Source: Rickettsiales bacterium (GTDB lineage: Bacteria; Pseudomonadota; Alphaproteobacteria; Rickettsiales; UBA998). Taken from it: a stretch of 64,000 nt of DNA. Each line of letters starts with the position of its first letter. Within the stretch, counting starts at the first letter, position 1. The notes under the pieces were generated by a model. It searched no databases and had not been told where the DNA came from. It worked only from the letters and a program-made list of their open reading frames with translations. Below, piece by piece: positions 14,787-26,308 of this stretch. The translations under genes were made by a program, and so were the position numbers. The stretch lies in the NCBI GenBank assembly GCA_965248995.1, contig CBDFKY010000022.1, positions 15,996-79,995 of the forward strand, in the 5' to 3' direction.

Positions 14787-15242
14787 ATGCAGGGCAAGCA
14801 GTTTGTGTATGTCGATGAAAGCGCCTTCGCACCCACCGCCGAACGCACGCATGGCTTCGCCCGAAAAGGCAAGCGTGTGCATGGGCAACGCAGCGGGCAG
14901 CGCAGACCCCGCACCAGTTTCCTGGCAGCCTTGTGCGGCAAGCAAATGCTTGCCCCCTTCCTCTTTCAGGGTACCTGCAACACTGCCGTTTTTAATGCTT
15001 GGCTAGAGCAGGAACTCTGCCCGCATCTTACCCCTAACAGCGTTGTCATTATGGACAACGCCACCTTCCATAAATCTACTTTAACACAACAGCTTATTCA
15101 GCAACGACAGGCAACGCTATTGTTCCTGCCTCCCTATTCTCCCGATCTCAATCCTATCGAAAAACGTTTCGGCACCATCAAACGATACCGATCCTACACA
15201 CCAGAAATATCCCTCAATCTTCTCATTCAAACATACGGATAA
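14787..15242 (+). CDS. IS630-family transposase, DDE catalytic part (orfB; the frame is open from about 14709)
   Basis: FVYVDESAF, VVIMDNATFHKS and LPPYSPDLNPIEKRF form the DDE triad. The frame is +1 relative to orfA, and reading KKTWTYKESDNEKRKAYLKRWW across the A8 run joins the two parts. Confidence 0.75.
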   Translation: MQGKQFVYVDESAFAPTAERTHGFARKGKRVHGQRSGQRRPRTSFLAALCGKQMLAPFLFQGTCNTAVFNAWLEQELCPHLTPNSVVIMDNATFHKSTLTQQLIQQRQATLLFLPPYSPDLNPIEKRFGTIKRYRSYTPEISLNLLIQTYG

Positions 15243-15326
15243 TTATTGAATTGGGTATAATTTCAAGTTAAAATATGTTAAGATTACATGTCGACAATAG
15301 TAAGGTATATATCCGATACGCATGAG

Positions 15327-15482
15327 CTATTGCGGATTCCCGTAAAAATCTTCCTCTTCATCTCCCTGTGCGTCTTTAGGCCGGTTCCCCTGAATGTCGG
15401 TATCCGTCGGGTTGCCGTGGATATCTGTCTGTACGCCGGGGGACTGAATGGATGCGGTGTCGGTTTCCTGCGGGTCGGCCAT
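15327..15482 (-). CDS. Possible 51-aa acidic small protein
   Basis: The ATG at 15482 is preceded by a good RBS (cacAGGAGaacctcATG). The sequence is MADPQETDTASIQSPGVQTDIHGNPTDTDIQGNRPKDAQGDEEEDFYGNPQ. There is no homology evidence. Confidence 0.3.
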   Translation of the reverse strand: MADPQETDTASIQSPGVQTDIHGNPTDTDIQGNRPKDAQGDEEEDFYGNPQ

Positions 15483-15571
15483 GAGGTTCTCCTGTGAGGG
15501 GGTTGAATGATAAAGCGTGTATTGAATGAATGACATGGTATGCTGAGGACGTCAAAAACAAGTCCGCACGC

Positions 15572-16924
15572 ATGAATCCATACCGTTTCCTTACCCAACA
15601 GATCAAAATCGCCATGCCCAAGAGCCTGTTCGCCCGGGCGCTGCTGATCCTGACGGTGCCGACGATCCTGGCGCAATGCCTGGCGCTTACCGTCTTTTAC
15701 GACCGTCACTGGGACAGCATCGAGCGGCATCTGTCCTCGTCGCTGGCCGGGGAGGTGGCGATCATGACGGACCGCGCCATGCGCCTGCCGCTGGCGGAGC
15801 GGGGAAATTCCCTGCGTATGTACGGAGCGATGATGAATATGCGGATTCACCTGCTTCCCCGGCAGGCCCTCCATGCAAGCGCCGACCAGGCGCGGTTCAC
15901 GCGCTACGCTGCGGAACTGGGAAAGCGTCTGGAAGTGCCTTTCAGTATCTATTATCCGAGGCCGGACAGTGAGACCATCCGCACCGAACTGAGCCTGCCC
16001 GACCAGATATTGCAGATCGATGTCGGCAATAAACGGCTGGAGAGCTCCACCACCACCATTTTCGTCTTGTGGGTAGTCGGTTCCGCCGCCGTCTTCACCC
16101 TGATCGCTATTCTGTTCCTGCGTAACCAGGTGCGCCCGATCACCCGGCTGGCGGAAGCGGCGGACCGGTTCGGGCGCGGGCAGGATGTCGGCAGTTTCAG
16201 GCCGCACGGGGCGGAAGAAGTGCGCACCGCCGGGCGGGCCTTCATGGTGATGCGCGCCCGCATCACCCGGCAGGTCTCGACGCGGGTGGCGATGCTCACC
16301 GGCGTGTCCCACGACCTGCGCACGCCGCTTACCCGCCTGAAACTGCAGCTGGCGATGCAGCGGGAAACGGACGATATCCGCGCCATGCGTCAGGATGTCG
16401 ACGAAATGGAGCACATGCTCAACGAATATCTGGAATTCGCGCGCGGGAACGACGAATCCATCCCGACCGAGGAAGTAGACATGGCCGACTGGCTGCGCAG
16501 CATCATCCAGTCCTACCTGGCGGCGGGCGCGGCGATAACCTACACCATTCCCGACACGGTGGAACTGCCGATCCGCCCGATGCAGCTGCGAAGAGCCGCC
16601 CAGAACGTCATCACCAACGCCCTGAAATACGGCGAACGCTGCCACGTGGCGCTGGATATCACCGGCGGCTGGCTCTCGCTCGGCGTGGAGGACGAGGGGC
16701 CGGGCATCCCGGAAGCGGCGATGGAAGAGGTGTTCCGCCCCTTTACGCGTCTGGAACAATCCCGCAACCGCGAGACCGGGGGCGTCGGGCTCGGGCTCGC
16801 CATCACCCGCGACATCGTCCAGGCGCATGGCGGCAAGATCACTATGCGCAACCGGTATGATGCTGAAGGGAAGATCAAAGGGCTGAACGTGGTGATCCTG
16901 CTGCCGGTTCCGTCGCGTTCTTAG
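15572..16924 (+). CDS. EnvZ-like two-component sensor histidine kinase
   Basis: Two TM segments, a HAMP-like region, a HisKA H-box (GVSHDLRTPLTRLKLQL), an N-box (NVITNALKYG), G1 (VEDEGPGIP) and G2 (GGVGLGLAI). The start is ambiguous (15572 or 15614). No response regulator gene is adjacent. Confidence 0.85.
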   Translation: MNPYRFLTQQIKIAMPKSLFARALLILTVPTILAQCLALTVFYDRHWDSIERHLSSSLAGEVAIMTDRAMRLPLAERGNSLRMYGAMMNMRIHLLPRQALHASADQARFTRYAAELGKRLEVPFSIYYPRPDSETIRTELSLPDQILQIDVGNKRLESSTTTIFVLWVVGSAAVFTLIAILFLRNQVRPITRLAEAADRFGRGQDVGSFRPHGAEEVRTAGRAFMVMRARITRQVSTRVAMLTGVSHDLRTPLTRLKLQLAMQRETDDIRAMRQDVDEMEHMLNEYLEFARGNDESIPTEEVDMADWLRSIIQSYLAAGAAITYTIPDTVELPIRPMQLRRAAQNVITNALKYGERCHVALDITGGWLSLGVEDEGPGIPEAAMEEVFRPFTRLEQSRNRETGGVGLGLAITRDIVQAHGGKITMRNRYDAEGKIKGLNVVILLPVPSRS

Positions 16925-17100
16925 TTTCCCCGTGCCGTTTAAAAAATAAAGATTGTTTATACCTCAAGAAAATCCTGCCGCTTGACAGGGAAATTCGAAA
17001 AAATGATTTTGCTTCAATTCGGTTCGTATGTTACCGATGTGAATATGTAAAACGCTATGATATTCCTTTGTAATTTTGACATCCTAAGTGAAGGTTTAAT

Positions 17101-17796
17101 ATGCCAAGATACTCAAAAAACCGCCCCAACCAACTCTATGATGCTATTCCTGAAGAGGGATCCATAGGCAACATAAAGCTTAGGAACTCCCTGGAATGGC
17201 CGCCGGAACTCTATGAACGCGTTAAAACCGAACTTTTAGAGGAAAGACGCATCATTGAATCCCGCGAAACGAGAGGCGGACAGCTGAGCCGTGTTTTGAC
17301 GTTTAATAATACTGCTGAAATTCTTCCTTTCAAGGAAACTTCGATTGAAGAAAAACGTGCCAACATATTTATCGTTCATGGCCATAGCGACGCAAAATAT
17401 GATGTTAAAGAATTTTTGAAGGAGATGGGGCTGAACCCTGTTATCCTTCATGAACAGGCAAATGAAGGGCATACTCTCATCAGTAAGTTTGAGGAACATT
17501 CTGAAAGCTGTAAGTTCGCCATTGTGATTATGACGCCCGACGATGAAGGAAAAGCCAAGGACGACTCGACATTAAAATTCAGGGCCCGTCAAAACGTTAT
17601 TTTTGAGTTAGGGTTTTTTATCGGAAAACTGGGGATGCAGAAGGTTGTCGCCTTAGTAAAAAATAATGTTGAAAGACCATCGGATTATGATGGTGTTCTC
17701 TATATCGATTATGACAATGGCGTAGGATGGAAAATACAATTAGGCAGAGAATTAAAAAAGGCCGGATATAAAATTGATCTGAACCGGATTTGTTAA
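17101..17796 (+). CDS. wHTH plus TIR-like nucleotide-binding domain protein (Cap12/Pycsar-effector-type TIR-like, COG4271-like)
   Basis: The C-terminal 145 aa follow the TIR-like family pattern as I recall it: IFIVHGHSD...EFLKEMGLNPVILHEQANEGHTLISKFEEH...FAIVIMTPDD...FRARQNVIFELGFFIGKLGMQKVVALVKNNVERPSDYDGVLYIDYD...W...LGRELKKAGYKIDL. The N-terminal 85 aa look like a winged helix. The gene is AT-rich between GC-rich neighbours. Confidence 0.8.
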   Translation: MPRYSKNRPNQLYDAIPEEGSIGNIKLRNSLEWPPELYERVKTELLEERRIIESRETRGGQLSRVLTFNNTAEILPFKETSIEEKRANIFIVHGHSDAKYDVKEFLKEMGLNPVILHEQANEGHTLISKFEEHSESCKFAIVIMTPDDEGKAKDDSTLKFRARQNVIFELGFFIGKLGMQKVVALVKNNVERPSDYDGVLYIDYDNGVGWKIQLGRELKKAGYKIDLNRIC

Positions 17797-17808
17797 TCCG
17801 TTTATCGT

Positions 17809-19086
17809 ATGATCGACTGGTATGAATCCGGCCTGCCGCATATCTGGCAGCCTTACGCACAGGCGCAGACCGCGCCGCTGCCCCTGCCCGTATCGCACAC
17901 GCAGGGATGCCATATCGTACTCGGCGACGGGCGGCGGCTGATTGACGGGATCAGTTCGTGGTGGAGCGCCTGCCACGGCCATAACCATCCGCATCTGGTC
18001 GCGGCGGCCAGAAAACAGCTCGACATCATGCCGCACGTGATGTTTGCCGGGTTGGCGCACGAACCCGCTTTCACGCTGGCCCGGCGGCTCTCGACGCTTG
18101 CTTCGCAGGAAGGGCAGGCGCCGCTCGCGCGGGTGTTTTTTTCGGACTCCGGTTCCACTTCCGTGGAAGTGGCGCTGAAAATTGCCCTGCAATATTGGGT
18201 TAATAAAGGCGTGGCGGGAAAAACCCGGTTCGCCTGCTTAGAGCACGCCTATCACGGCGATACGTTCGGAGCGATGGGGGTCAGTGACCCGGCGCGGGGG
18301 ATGCACGCCGCCTACCTGCCCAATCTGGTGGAAGCGGCTGCTTATCCCGTACCCCGCACGGAAGCGGAAAAAGCCGCGTTCGCCGTACGGTTCGCTTTCG
18401 AAGCCCCGCATCTGGCCGCCCTGATCGTCGAGCCCCTGGTGCAGGGGGCAGGAGGAATGCGGTTCTATGATGCGGCCGACGTACGTTTCATGGCGGATCT
18501 GTGCGTGACCCACGACGTCCTGCTGATCGCCGACGAGATCATGACCGGTTTCGGGCGCACGGGAGGGATGTTCGCCTGTCATGAGGCGGGTATCACACCG
18601 GATATCCTGTGTATCGGCAAAGGGTTGACGGGCGGCATGATGACGCTGGCGGCCACGCTTGTCCGGGAATCCGTCTATGAGGCGTTCCTGAGCGACTCCC
18701 GCGCCCACGCCCTGATGCACGGCCCGACCTTCATGGCCAACCCACTCGCCTGCGCGGTGGCGAACGCTTCGCTGGATCTGTTCGAGAGCGAGCCCCGGCT
18801 GGCGCAGGTGCGGGCCATCGAGATTCAATTGCGTGAGGCGCTGATGCCGTTGGCGGGCCATCCCGCCGTAGTGGACGTCCGTGTCAAAGGGGCGATCGGC
18901 GTGGTGCAATGCGACCCGCTTCGCTTCGATCCGTTCGCACTGCGACCACTCCTTTTGGAAAAGGGATGCTGGCTGAGGCCTTACGGGGACATCCTCTACC
19001 TTATGCCGCCGTTTATCATTTCACCGGAGGAATTACGTGTGTTAACGGACGCGGTGAGGGAAACGGTAGAAAAACTGGGAACGTGA
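17809..19086 (+). CDS. bioA: Adenosylmethionine-8-amino-7-oxononanoate aminotransferase
   Basis: HIWQPYAQ, SSWWSACHGHNHP, LIADEIMTGFGRTG and the class III aminotransferase layout. Length 425 aa. Confidence 0.92.
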   Translation: MIDWYESGLPHIWQPYAQAQTAPLPLPVSHTQGCHIVLGDGRRLIDGISSWWSACHGHNHPHLVAAARKQLDIMPHVMFAGLAHEPAFTLARRLSTLASQEGQAPLARVFFSDSGSTSVEVALKIALQYWVNKGVAGKTRFACLEHAYHGDTFGAMGVSDPARGMHAAYLPNLVEAAAYPVPRTEAEKAAFAVRFAFEAPHLAALIVEPLVQGAGGMRFYDAADVRFMADLCVTHDVLLIADEIMTGFGRTGGMFACHEAGITPDILCIGKGLTGGMMTLAATLVRESVYEAFLSDSRAHALMHGPTFMANPLACAVANASLDLFESEPRLAQVRAIEIQLREALMPLAGHPAVVDVRVKGAIGVVQCDPLRFDPFALRPLLLEKGCWLRPYGDILYLMPPFIISPEELRVLTDAVRETVEKLGT

Positions 19087-19154
19087 AATATCCTCTTGCT
19101 GCAATGCAGCATTTCGTTTAGTTTTTATGTGTTCTTCAATTAAGGTTAGTTCTC

Positions 19155-19622
19155 ATGAATATAACCACACTTTTGGAGGCAATCCATGTACTGCATGCAT
19201 TGCCGGATTCGGAGAAGGAAAAGCTTGCCCTACTGAAAGCGTTTGAAGCTTTTAACATACTGTTTATGGCTATGTTAAGGCATCAGGACGCTTTGAGGGG
19301 CAATGTGGTCGCCGCGGAAAACATACGGTTTTTACGAACCCTGTCTTTCAGCGGAAAAGCCAGCATCCACCATTGGACATTGCAAGTGGCACCTGATACC
19401 CAGGCGCTGCTCTTGTACGGATTGAAGCAATTCGAAACATGGCGGGCTTCCGGCATGGACGAAAATCACGATTTTTTCCGCCTCCATAAGGAGATGCTGA
19501 ACACGCTTCCATGCATCAAATTCTTCGACAAAGCGGTGGAAATGGAATATTTCACACAGCGTTTTCCGGATCATTTTGTCAATCCAGCCAGAATGAGCTT
19601 GACTCCCATCACGGATTACTGA
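19155..19622 (+). CDS. Hypothetical protein (155 aa)
   Basis: ORF in a lower-GC segment, followed directly by a hairpin plus T-run terminator. No recognisable motif. Confidence 0.5.
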   Translation: MNITTLLEAIHVLHALPDSEKEKLALLKAFEAFNILFMAMLRHQDALRGNVVAAENIRFLRTLSFSGKASIHHWTLQVAPDTQALLLYGLKQFETWRASGMDENHDFFRLHKEMLNTLPCIKFFDKAVEMEYFTQRFPDHFVNPARMSLTPITDY

Positions 19623-19645
19623 CCCTGCCCCGCAGGGTTTTTTTA
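19623..19645 (+). terminator. Rho-independent terminator candidate
   Basis: CCCTGC-ccc-GCAGGG stem-loop followed by TTTTTTT, immediately after the TGA at 19620-19622. Confidence 0.6.
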
Positions 19646-19678
19646 TTTCATCGTGAACATGTGCCGGTGCATGGCGCT

Positions 19679-22429
<2,751 letters not shown>

Positions 22430-22568
22430 GGCACGCAGATAACCAGAATTGCCCGGTCAGTGCAATGTTCTCTCAACAGATTATGCAAAGGCGCCTTTGA
22501 GCGAACCCATTATCTCTTTTCACGGTGTCAATGTTCACCGCGGTCCGTCACCTGCCGCGTTGATGAAA

Positions 22569-23015
22569 TCAAAGCGCCAGACTGGATGCTTTTCCTGCGC
22601 TTTTAGCGGGAGCGGGTACATGTTTATCTTCGGGAGAATGAACAATCCGGCTTGTGACCTCGGGAAGATTCGCACCTTTAAGCAAGTCCGTATGTTTCCC
22701 GGCAGCCCCTTTTGTCTTGGGTTCGGACAGCTCATCACTTTCAAGATGAGTTGGTGAAACGACAACGGTCTGCTCTAAGAACTTTTCTTTTACCGCTTCA
22801 ACGCGCTTCTCGATAATTTTCTGCTCTGCCTCCGTAGGAGCCTCAAAAATGGTCTCAACCCCGCGTTTACTAAACATGGTGCCCTTGGTGGGAATGCCAA
22901 GTTCAATTTCGGTATCTATGACGGTTTTTCTGACAATTTGATCAAGCTCGGGAGAGTTCAGTCTTTCGTGGCGTACAGCTTCCTCTGCATTGACGCTATC
23001 TATCGCCTTCTTCAT
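22569..23015 (-). CDS. Hypothetical protein (148 aa)
   Basis: ORF in an AT-rich segment between polA and nadD. A further 36-codon ORF (MADPKDSSQNPIEKGDW...) lies just upstream on the same strand, so a disrupted larger gene is possible. Confidence 0.4.
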   Translation of the reverse strand: MKKAIDSVNAEEAVRHERLNSPELDQIVRKTVIDTEIELGIPTKGTMFSKRGVETIFEAPTEAEQKIIEKRVEAVKEKFLEQTVVVSPTHLESDELSEPKTKGAAGKHTDLLKGANLPEVTSRIVHSPEDKHVPAPAKSAGKASSLAL

Positions 23016-23301
23016 GCGTTCAGCCGCCTGCGTTTTTTCATTGTCTGAAGTAGTGGGGCTTTAAAGAGCCGGCAGATTGGGCGGATACTTCCAGTGTTTG
23101 CCAATCCCCTTTTTCAATAGGATTCTGGGAACTATCTTTTGGATCTGCCATGTCTCATTTCCTTCATAAATAAAATATTAAATCTCATAAATGACTATAC
23201 AGATGATTTATGATATATTTATGAATGAGAAAAAAATGATTACTTTTTATTTCATTGCATAGAAAATTGTACTTTATTAGTTTATGGTATAGTTTAAAAA
23301 A

Positions 23302-23934
23302 ATGATCTGTACTTTCTGTCTGCGGCGCTTTACCGCCGCTTCACCGCTGCGGATAGGGCTGCTCGGCGGCTCGTTCAATCCTGCCCATGCAGGACATGTC
23401 CATATCTCTCAGGAAGCATGTAAGCGTCTGGGGCTGGATGCGATATGGTGGATCGTGAGTCCCGCCAATCCGTTGAAAGATCCCGCCACGCTGGCGCCGT
23501 TCGATGTGCGCTGCCGGTATGCGTTGCGGCAGGCGGCTTCCCATGCTCATATCCATGTTTCGGATATGGAGGAACGCTGCGGCATCCGCTATACGGTCGA
23601 CACTCTCAAGCTGATACGCCGCCGCTTCCCGCGGCACCATTTCGTCTGGCTGATGGGGTCGGACAATCTGGCGGGGTTTCATCGCTGGAAGCGCTGGGAA
23701 GAGATCGCCGCCCTGGTCCCCGTCGCGGTGATGGACCGCGGGAGCGCCACCCACCGCGCTTCAAGGATGCGCTTCGCCACGCGCTATGCCGCCCGCCGCC
23801 GCCCGGCGTCAACGCTTGCCGGCGCGGCGCCGCCGGCGTGGAACGTGGTGTTTATCCGCAGACATCCGGAGAGTGCCACGCATTTGCGGAAAATACTTGG
23901 CAACCACGCCTTTTTGGAATATAATAAACAATAG
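23302..23934 (+). CDS. nadD: Nicotinate-nucleotide adenylyltransferase
   Basis: IGLLGGSFNPAHAGHVHIS (the (T/H)xGH motif) and WIVSPANPLK. Followed by rsfS and rlmH, the usual conserved order. Confidence 0.88.
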   Translation: MICTFCLRRFTAASPLRIGLLGGSFNPAHAGHVHISQEACKRLGLDAIWWIVSPANPLKDPATLAPFDVRCRYALRQAASHAHIHVSDMEERCGIRYTVDTLKLIRRRFPRHHFVWLMGSDNLAGFHRWKRWEEIAALVPVAVMDRGSATHRASRMRFATRYAARRRPASTLAGAAPPAWNVVFIRRHPESATHLRKILGNHAFLEYNKQ

Positions 23935-24027
23935 AAAAAACTACAGTAAGGAGAGTGTCTTATCGACACCCACAGCCATTTCAACGATGGGCATTCCGGC
24001 AACGGGCAGTCCTGCCATGAGGCTTCA

Positions 24028-24363
24028 TTGCAGAACGCCATCATCGCATCACTGGAAGACGACAAGGCCGAGCAGATTGCGATTGTCGATCTGAAAGGAA
24101 AAACCAGTTTCGCCGACGCCATGATCATCGCGGACGGCCGTTCCAACCGGCACGTCTCCTCCATGGCCGACAGCCTTTCCAAGGCGCTGAAGGAAAGGGG
24201 CCTGCCGTTTCTTTCCATCGAAGGGCTGGAGAGCTGCGACTGGGTACTGATCGACGCCGGCGACATCGTCGTCCATCTGTTTAAGCCGGGGATAAGGGAA
24301 TTGTATAACCTGGAGAAAATGTGGGCGGTGGCCATCCCTGACCAGCAATACGCGGCGGTCTAG
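24028..24363 (+). CDS. rsfS: Ribosomal silencing factor RsfS (iojap-like)
   Basis: LEDDKAEQIAIVDLKGKTSFADAMIIADGRSNRHVSSMAD...WVLIDAGDIVVHLF...RELYNLEKMW is the typical RsfS pattern. TTG start, with an in-frame stop just upstream. Confidence 0.88.
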   Translation: MQNAIIASLEDDKAEQIAIVDLKGKTSFADAMIIADGRSNRHVSSMADSLSKALKERGLPFLSIEGLESCDWVLIDAGDIVVHLFKPGIRELYNLEKMWAVAIPDQQYAAV

Positions 24364-24375
24364 CCCACGCTTCCT

Positions 24376-24840
24376 ATGCACCAGCTGATTCTCACCGTCG
24401 GCAAGTGGAAAGCAGGTCTGGAGAAATCACTTTATCAGGAATATGTCCGCCGCTCCCGCTGGCCGGTGGAATTGCGTGAACTGAACGGATTCCCTGCGCT
24501 TGAAGTGGCGCACCGCCAAACTCGCGAAACGGAACTACTTCTTGCGCACGCGAAGGATGCGGGCGCCGAGCATTATATTATCCTGGATGAAATCGGCAAG
24601 ACTCTCTCCAGCCGCACACTGGCAGCTCGCCTGCGACAATGGCAGTACAGCGGGACGCGGCGTGTCGCCTGGCTGATCGGCGGAGATGTCGGCCTCGACA
24701 AAACCCTGTTCAAGCCTTCTGACATGCTGCTTTCGTTCGGGGAAATGACCTGGCCGCATCTGCTGGTGCGGACGATGCTGGCCGAACAGATCTACCGCGC
24801 CCAGACGATCTTGAGCGGCCACCCGTATCACCGGGACTAA
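24376..24840 (+). CDS. rlmH: 23S rRNA (pseudouridine1915-N3)-methyltransferase
   Basis: SPOUT family C-terminus (WLIGGDVGLDKTL...LSFGEMTWPHLLVRTMLAEQIYRAQTILSGHPYH). Length 154 aa. Confidence 0.9.
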   Translation: MHQLILTVGKWKAGLEKSLYQEYVRRSRWPVELRELNGFPALEVAHRQTRETELLLAHAKDAGAEHYIILDEIGKTLSSRTLAARLRQWQYSGTRRVAWLIGGDVGLDKTLFKPSDMLLSFGEMTWPHLLVRTMLAEQIYRAQTILSGHPYHRD

Positions 24841-24947
24841 AACACGGGTAAAATAATCAAAAAAAGCGCTCAAAGGTCACATAACTGTCATAAGTGACGG
24901 ATACGATAGATCCGTTCAGTCATTTCAACGTTATAAGGTAAATCAGT

Positions 24948-26300
24948 ATGTCCACTCCCGTCGACGTAGGTGCTCTTGAAGCTGCAGCAGGGCAGGCTGC
25001 GGTCATTTCCGCTTTTACGTACCCGCTGTTTAACGGTGCATGGTCGCAAACCGGCGACAAGGATGCCCCGGATGGGGCAGGGGTACAATCCGGCGCGCAG
25101 ACGACGGACCTCCCCGCCTCGTTATCGGCTGAAATCCCCCAGCCCCCGCTTTCTTCCCGGCCTGCCTCCGTGGATAGCGGCATCACCATCGACGCCGGGC
25201 TGGTCCTGCGCCAGCTGATGTTCGCCGCCAATGAGGTGATGAGCGAGATCGACGCCGCCGATCCGGGCGGACGTGATGAACTGCAGGCCGATCTTTCCCA
25301 GCTGCTGACGTCTGCGGCGACGTTGTCGGAGCTGATAGCGAAACCCGCTTCCATGGAAATGCTCAACGCGGCGCTGGTCGGAGCGGCGCGCGCCCTGGCG
25401 GATGAACAGGATGATGACCTGTCGCTTGCCGACGGTCCCGCAGTTTCCGGTAAAGCGAAGCGGGCCCTCTCCCCGCAGCGGGCGGAAATGGCGCGGGTGC
25501 TCCGCGAAGCGATTCTGCGCTCACCGATGTCCCAGCCGGAACTGGCCAATGCGGAATCACCCACGCTGGCCGCACCTGAACCAGCCGCACCGGATGCGTC
25601 GCCGCTGCCGCCGGAAGTACATTCCTATATTTCCGAAGGCGTACAAAAGGCGGAAATGGCCGCGATGACGGGGGCGGTACTGGCGGCGGCAACGGCTTAC
25701 GCCGCGAATGAAGCGGACATGCAGCGTCCTTCGCAGGATGCCGTGCAGACCGTAGGGCAGGATAACCTGTCCCAGGCGGCGATTCATCAGGCCATGGTAT
25801 CGGTCGCGTTCAACGCGTTATCGCCGGAACATCAACTGTTGCTGGGTGCGCTCGTTCCGGAGGCGGCAGCGGGTGCGCCGGATGGGCAAAATGTACCGCT
25901 TACGCCGAACGCCGCGCAGCAGTTACAGGAAATTCTTGCATTTGCGCAGAATAATATGCTGTCGCCGGAAGCGGTCACGAGGGCGTTCGATATGCGTGCC
26001 GCACTGGCTTCCGGCAGCGCACCGGCAGGCATGACGCCGGAAATGATTCAGGAACAGCAGATTTCCGCCAGCTCCGTACTGGCGCTTGCCGCCTTCAATC
26101 AGAATGTTTCCACCGTGGCGCGCACCATTATACAGCGTGCGGCGGCGCAGGAAGCGACTGCCGTACCGGCGGCGGTTCCATCCGCACAGCAGGAAGCATC
26201 CCCGGCGGTACAACAGCCGCAAGTAGTGGTGATGCAGGCGCATGAAAACGGGACGATCAGCCCTGCATCGAAAGTTGAATATGTCCAGCAGCAGGCATAA
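24948..26300 (+). CDS. Ala/Pro/Gln-rich low-complexity protein of unknown function, upstream of the flagellar rod genes
   Basis: 450-aa ORF with codon usage like its neighbours. No conserved motif recognised. Its position suggests a possible flagellar accessory role (for example FliK-like), but this is unproven. Confidence 0.5.
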   Translation: MSTPVDVGALEAAAGQAAVISAFTYPLFNGAWSQTGDKDAPDGAGVQSGAQTTDLPASLSAEIPQPPLSSRPASVDSGITIDAGLVLRQLMFAANEVMSEIDAADPGGRDELQADLSQLLTSAATLSELIAKPASMEMLNAALVGAARALADEQDDDLSLADGPAVSGKAKRALSPQRAEMARVLREAILRSPMSQPELANAESPTLAAPEPAAPDASPLPPEVHSYISEGVQKAEMAAMTGAVLAAATAYAANEADMQRPSQDAVQTVGQDNLSQAAIHQAMVSVAFNALSPEHQLLLGALVPEAAAGAPDGQNVPLTPNAAQQLQEILAFAQNNMLSPEAVTRAFDMRAALASGSAPAGMTPEMIQEQQISASSVLALAAFNQNVSTVARTIIQRAAAQEATAVPAAVPSAQQEASPAVQQPQVVVMQAHENGTISPASKVEYVQQQA

Positions 26301-26308
26301 CGATAAAC

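Larger units (their letters stand above)
14370..15259 (+). mobile_element. IS630-family insertion sequence (about 890 bp)
   Basis: The imperfect terminal inverted repeats match at about 20 of 28 positions (left tatagttaattcaaaatttacacggatg; reverse complement of the right end tatacccaattcaataattatccgtatg). They enclose a two-frame transposase with an HTH and a DD(34)E-type motif. Both ends begin with TA. Confidence 0.75.

Noticed and set aside
15284-16828. 514-aa minus-strand ORF
   Set aside because: It is antisense to the histidine kinase gene, which has complete H, N, G1 and G2 boxes. The antisense translation is Arg/Gly/His/Pro-rich with no motif.
24841-24947. Sigma-28 or sigma-54 promoter upstream of the Ala/Pro-rich gene, and the GTCAC...GTGAC inverted repeat
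   Set aside because: No acceptable TAAA-N15-GCCGATAA or GG-N10-GC match was found. The 5-bp inverted repeat is too short to interpret.
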